From positions 1 through 44,180 of the forward strand of contig DASQMY010000428.1 of assembly GCA_035645255.1 (NCBI GenBank): a stretch of 44,180 nucleotides of DNA, in the 5' to 3' direction. The stretch comes from Mycobacteriales bacterium (GTDB lineage Bacteria > Actinomycetota > Actinomycetes > BP-191). Within the stretch, counting starts at the first letter, position 1, and every line of letters begins with the position of its first letter. Below the pieces are notes generated by a model. The model saw only the letters and a list, made by a program, of their open reading frames with translations, was not told where the DNA came from and ran no database searches. This document shows positions 41,645 through 44,180 of this stretch, one piece after another. Position numbers and translations under genes: made by a program.

Positions 41645-42670
41645 TCAGCCGAAGAAGACCTCGGTCTCCTGGTAGCGCTCGATCGGCACGGTCTTGAGCG
41701 TCCCGACCGCCTCGGCGAGCGGCGCGAGGACGATGTCGGTGCCGCGCAGCGCGGCCATCATCCCCCAGCTGCCCTCGTGCACCGCGTCGATGGCGCCCAG
41801 TCCGAAGCGGGTCGCGAGCACCCGGTCGAACGCCGTCGGCGTGCCCCCGCGCTGGATGTGGCCGAGCACGGTGTGCCGCGCTTCCTTGCCGGTGCGCTGG
41901 CCGATCTCCTGCTCCAGCGTGGCGCCGATGCCCTGCAGCCGGACGTGCCCGAACGCGTCGAGCTCGCCCTCCTTGGTCGCCATGGTGCCCTCCTTGGGCA
42001 CGGCGCCCTCGGCGACGACGACGATCGGCGCGTAGTTGGTCTTGAAGCGGTGGTCGATGTACTCGCAGACCCTGTCGATGTCGAACGGCTGCTCCGGGAT
42101 CAGGATGACGTTGGCGCCACCGGCGATCCCGGCGTGCAGGGCGATCCAGCCGGCGTGCCGCCCCATCACCTCGACGATCAGCGCGCGGTGGTGCGACTCG
42201 GCGGTGGTGTGCAGCCGGTCGATCGCCTCCATCGCGATGTTGACAGCGGTGTCGAACCCGAACGTGTAGTCGGTCGCGTTGAGGTCGTTGTCGATCGTCT
42301 TCGGTACGCCGACGACGTGCACGCCCTCGGCGTGCAGCTTGTTCGCGACGCCTAGGGTGTCCTCGCCGCCGATCGCGACGAGCGCGTCGATGCCCTGGTC
42401 GGCGAGGTTCTTCTTGATCCGCTCGACGCCGTCGTCGATCTTGAACGGGTTGGTGCGCGACGAGCCGAGGATCGTGCCGCCGCGGGGCAGGATGCCGCGC
42501 ACGGACGCAACGGTGAGCGGGATCGTCTGGCCCTCGAGCGGGCCGCGCCACCCGTCGCGAAAGCCGACGATCTCGTGGCCGTAGACGTCCGTCCCCTTGC
42601 GGACGACGGCGCGGATCACCGCGTTGAGTCCGGGGCAGTCGCCGCCTCCGGTCAGGACTCCGATGCGCAA
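41645..42670 (-). CDS. pfkA: ATP-dependent 6-phosphofructokinase
   Basis: ORF 41645..42670 with a TTG start and GGAGG 8 nt upstream. PFK motifs are present (TGGGDCPGLNAVIR, IGGEDT, PKTIDND, MGR.AG). Confidence 0.9.
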   Translation of the reverse strand: MRIGVLTGGGDCPGLNAVIRAVVRKGTDVYGHEIVGFRDGWRGPLEGQTIPLTVASVRGILPRGGTILGSSRTNPFKIDDGVERIKKNLADQGIDALVAIGGEDTLGVANKLHAEGVHVVGVPKTIDNDLNATDYTFGFDTAVNIAMEAIDRLHTTAESHHRALIVEVMGRHAGWIALHAGIAGGANVILIPEQPFDIDRVCEYIDHRFKTNYAPIVVVAEGAVPKEGTMATKEGELDAFGHVRLQGIGATLEQEIGQRTGKEARHTVLGHIQRGGTPTAFDRVLATRFGLGAIDAVHEGSWGMMAALRGTDIVLAPLAEAVGTLKTVPIERYQETEVFFG

Positions 42671-42785
42671 TGTGCTCGCCTCCAGTAGGACTGCCTGAAA
42701 CCGGTTCCAACTCTAGCGCGCGCCGCACCGCGTCTGCACCGCCCCACGGGTCAAGATCGGCGCCGGTCCGGTCGACGTTCCAGGG

Positions 42786-43832
42786 GTGATCCGCGTCCTG
42801 GCCCGACCCCGCCGCGCCGCGCTGTCGGTCGTCTGCGCGCTGGTCGCCGGCGTGCTGCTGCCGACCGGCGCGCGAGCCGACGACGCGCCGGTACCGGTCG
42901 GTCGGATCGCCGAGGCGCTCGCGGACGCGACCCGGGAGGCCGAGCGGGCCGCCGACGACGTGATGCAGTCGGTCGCCCGGGCGATCGACGCCCGCCGGCA
43001 GGTCGACGCGGCCGCGGACCGGTACGCCGACGCGCAGGAGGCGCTCGGCGACCGGCTCCGCGACATCTACATCAACGGACCGCGCGACCCGGTGACGGCG
43101 ATGCTGCTCGGCGGCGACGGTCGCCGGCTGTCGGTGCTGGCCAACGTCCAGCGGGACGGCGTCCGGTCCGACGAGCAGCTGGTCCGCGAGCTGCGGGCCG
43201 AGGGTGCCGCGGTGCAGAAGCTGCGGGAGCAGGTGGCCGCCGGCCGCGGCGAGACCCTGGCCCGCGCCCGACGGGTCTACGCCTTGCAGGACAAGGCGCG
43301 CCGGCTGCTCACGCAGGCGGAAGCGGCGTTCGTCGCAGACGAGGTGGTGCTCGCCGAGATTACTGTGCACCGCCTGGTGCTCGACACGCAGTCGCGCGAG
43401 GTGAGCGTCGCCGTACAGCCGATCCAGCCGGCCGTCAACGTGCGCGGCCGGCGCGCCGCGACCGCCGAGGCGCCGGTGATCGCGGCGATCGAGGCGGCCG
43501 GGTCGGCGTTCCCGCCCGGGTACCGGGCGACCGGCCGGGTGTTCACCGGCGAGGCGTCCTGGTACGGCCCGGGCTTCGTGGGCCGGCCGACGGCGAGCGG
43601 CGCGCCGTACGACCCGGAGCGGTTCACCGCCGCGATGCTGCTCGTGCCGCTCGGCACGGTCGTCCGGGTCAGCACCGCCGACGGCCGCGCGGTCACCGTC
43701 CTGGTCAACGACCGCGGCCCGTACGCCGGCGGCTCGGACCGCATCCTCGACATGTCGGCAGCCGGCGCCCGGGTGCTCGGCTACACCGGCGTCAAGCAGG
43801 TACGCATCGAGGTCCTCGAACCGCTCGGCTGA
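42786..43832 (+). CDS. secreted RlpA-like (double-psi beta-barrel) protein with coiled-coil N-terminal region
   Basis: ORF 42786..43832. It has a signal peptide and an Ala/Arg/Glu-rich helical region. The C-terminal DPBB domain reads GEASWYGPGF.GRPTASG..YD..TAA...PLGT.V.V.....GR.V.V.VNDRGPY. Confidence 0.8.
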   Translation: MIRVLARPRRAALSVVCALVAGVLLPTGARADDAPVPVGRIAEALADATREAERAADDVMQSVARAIDARRQVDAAADRYADAQEALGDRLRDIYINGPRDPVTAMLLGGDGRRLSVLANVQRDGVRSDEQLVRELRAEGAAVQKLREQVAAGRGETLARARRVYALQDKARRLLTQAEAAFVADEVVLAEITVHRLVLDTQSREVSVAVQPIQPAVNVRGRRAATAEAPVIAAIEAAGSAFPPGYRATGRVFTGEASWYGPGFVGRPTASGAPYDPERFTAAMLLVPLGTVVRVSTADGRAVTVLVNDRGPYAGGSDRILDMSAAGARVLGYTGVKQVRIEVLEPLG

Positions 43833-43877
43833 CCGGACGGTGCCGAAACAATGCCAACTCCGCGCGGTCGGCCCCAA

Positions 43878-43883
43878 TAGGGT
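43878..43883 (+). promoter_or_regulatory. -10 hexamer TAGGGT, 6 nt upstream of the DUF1028 ATG (leaderless start)
   Basis: The sequence reads TAGGGT-cggtcc-ATG(43890), with no SD. Confidence 0.35.
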
Positions 43884-43889
43884 CGGTCC

Positions 43890-44180
43890 ATGACCTTCTC
43901 GATCGTCGCCCGGTCGCCTGACGGCAGCGAGCTCGGCGTGGCCGTCGCGTCCAAGTTCCTCGCCGTCGGCAACGCCGTCCCGGCCGCCGAGGCCGGTGTC
44001 GGCGCGATCGCGACGCAGTCGTACGCGAACCTGGCCTACCGCCCCGACGGCCTGGCGCTGCTCCGCGACGGCTGCACCGCAGCCGAGGTGGTCGGCCGGC
44101 TGACCGCCGCCGACGAGCAGCACGCCAAGCGGCAGGTCGGTGTCGTCGCGGCGACCGGCGACGGCGCGTCGTACACGGGC
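43890..44180 (+). CDS. DUF1028 (Ntn-hydrolase-like) family protein, 3'-truncated by the window end
   Basis: Open frame from ATG 43890 to the window end. It is absent from the ORF track because it has no stop. MTFSIVARSPDGSELGVAVASKFLAVG..GAIATQS.. is typical of DUF1028. Confidence 0.8.
   Translation, partial: MTFSIVARSPDGSELGVAVASKFLAVGNAVPAAEAGVGAIATQSYANLAYRPDGLALLRDGCTAAEVVGRLTAADEQHAKRQVGVVAATGDGASYTG

Noticed and set aside
40302-44123. 1273-aa ORF on the - strand
   Set aside because: Same artefact. It overlaps the beta-glucosidase, LacI, pfkA (in a different frame) and RlpA-like genes. Its composition is dominated by R, G, A, P and D, with no recognisable domain.

Overview
This is a very GC-rich (by eye about 70%, not computed) actinobacterial chromosomal segment, and it looks like core genome rather than an island. 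I found no CRISPR array, tRNA/rRNA gene, transposase or integrase. Gene content and order recall the M. tuberculosis Rv2173-Rv2178c neighbourhood: an idsA2-like prenyl synthase, an Rv2175c-like wHTH protein, a PknL-position Ser/Thr kinase and a class II DAHP synthase. Interleaved with these are thiamine genes (thiE, thiS, thiG, thiH, with a TPP riboswitch), rtcB plus an HNH nuclease, a PRC-barrel/DUF2382 stress triad, a second (type I-beta) DAHP synthase, a four-gene ABC system with two giant double-FtsX permeases, a GH1 beta-glucosidase with a LacI regulator, pfkA and cell-wall hydrolases. Most long ORFs in the six-frame track are out-of-frame or antisense artefacts of the high GC content. 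About 45 CDSs are supportable.

Main second-look items:
1. A 25-codon leaderless ORF encoding MTSHAATFWYAYRPG... lies 73 nt upstream of the type I-beta DAHP synthase. It is followed by four GC-rich segments with mutually exclusive pairings, one touching the SD. This is a candidate aromatic-amino-acid ribosome-mediated attenuator.
2. Gene decay is clustered. A GGDEF-EAL gene carries five single-base indels, including a compensating pair. The adjacent DUF5317-like gene, a YafY/WYL regulator and its divergent VOC partner are also broken. Every housekeeping gene reads through.
3. An orphan H-NOX (heme-NO-binding) domain protein apparently lacks the YxSxR heme-propionate motif.
4. The thiazole branch is ThiH-type and the thi genes are split. 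thiGH sits behind a TPP riboswitch. thiSE has no riboswitch and sits behind the Rv2175c-like gene.
5. A perfect LexA box lies at the left edge of the window.
6. The window is rich in leaderless starts, with recurrent TAGACT -10 hexamers.

All calls come from reading the sequence and recalling protein families. No searches were run.
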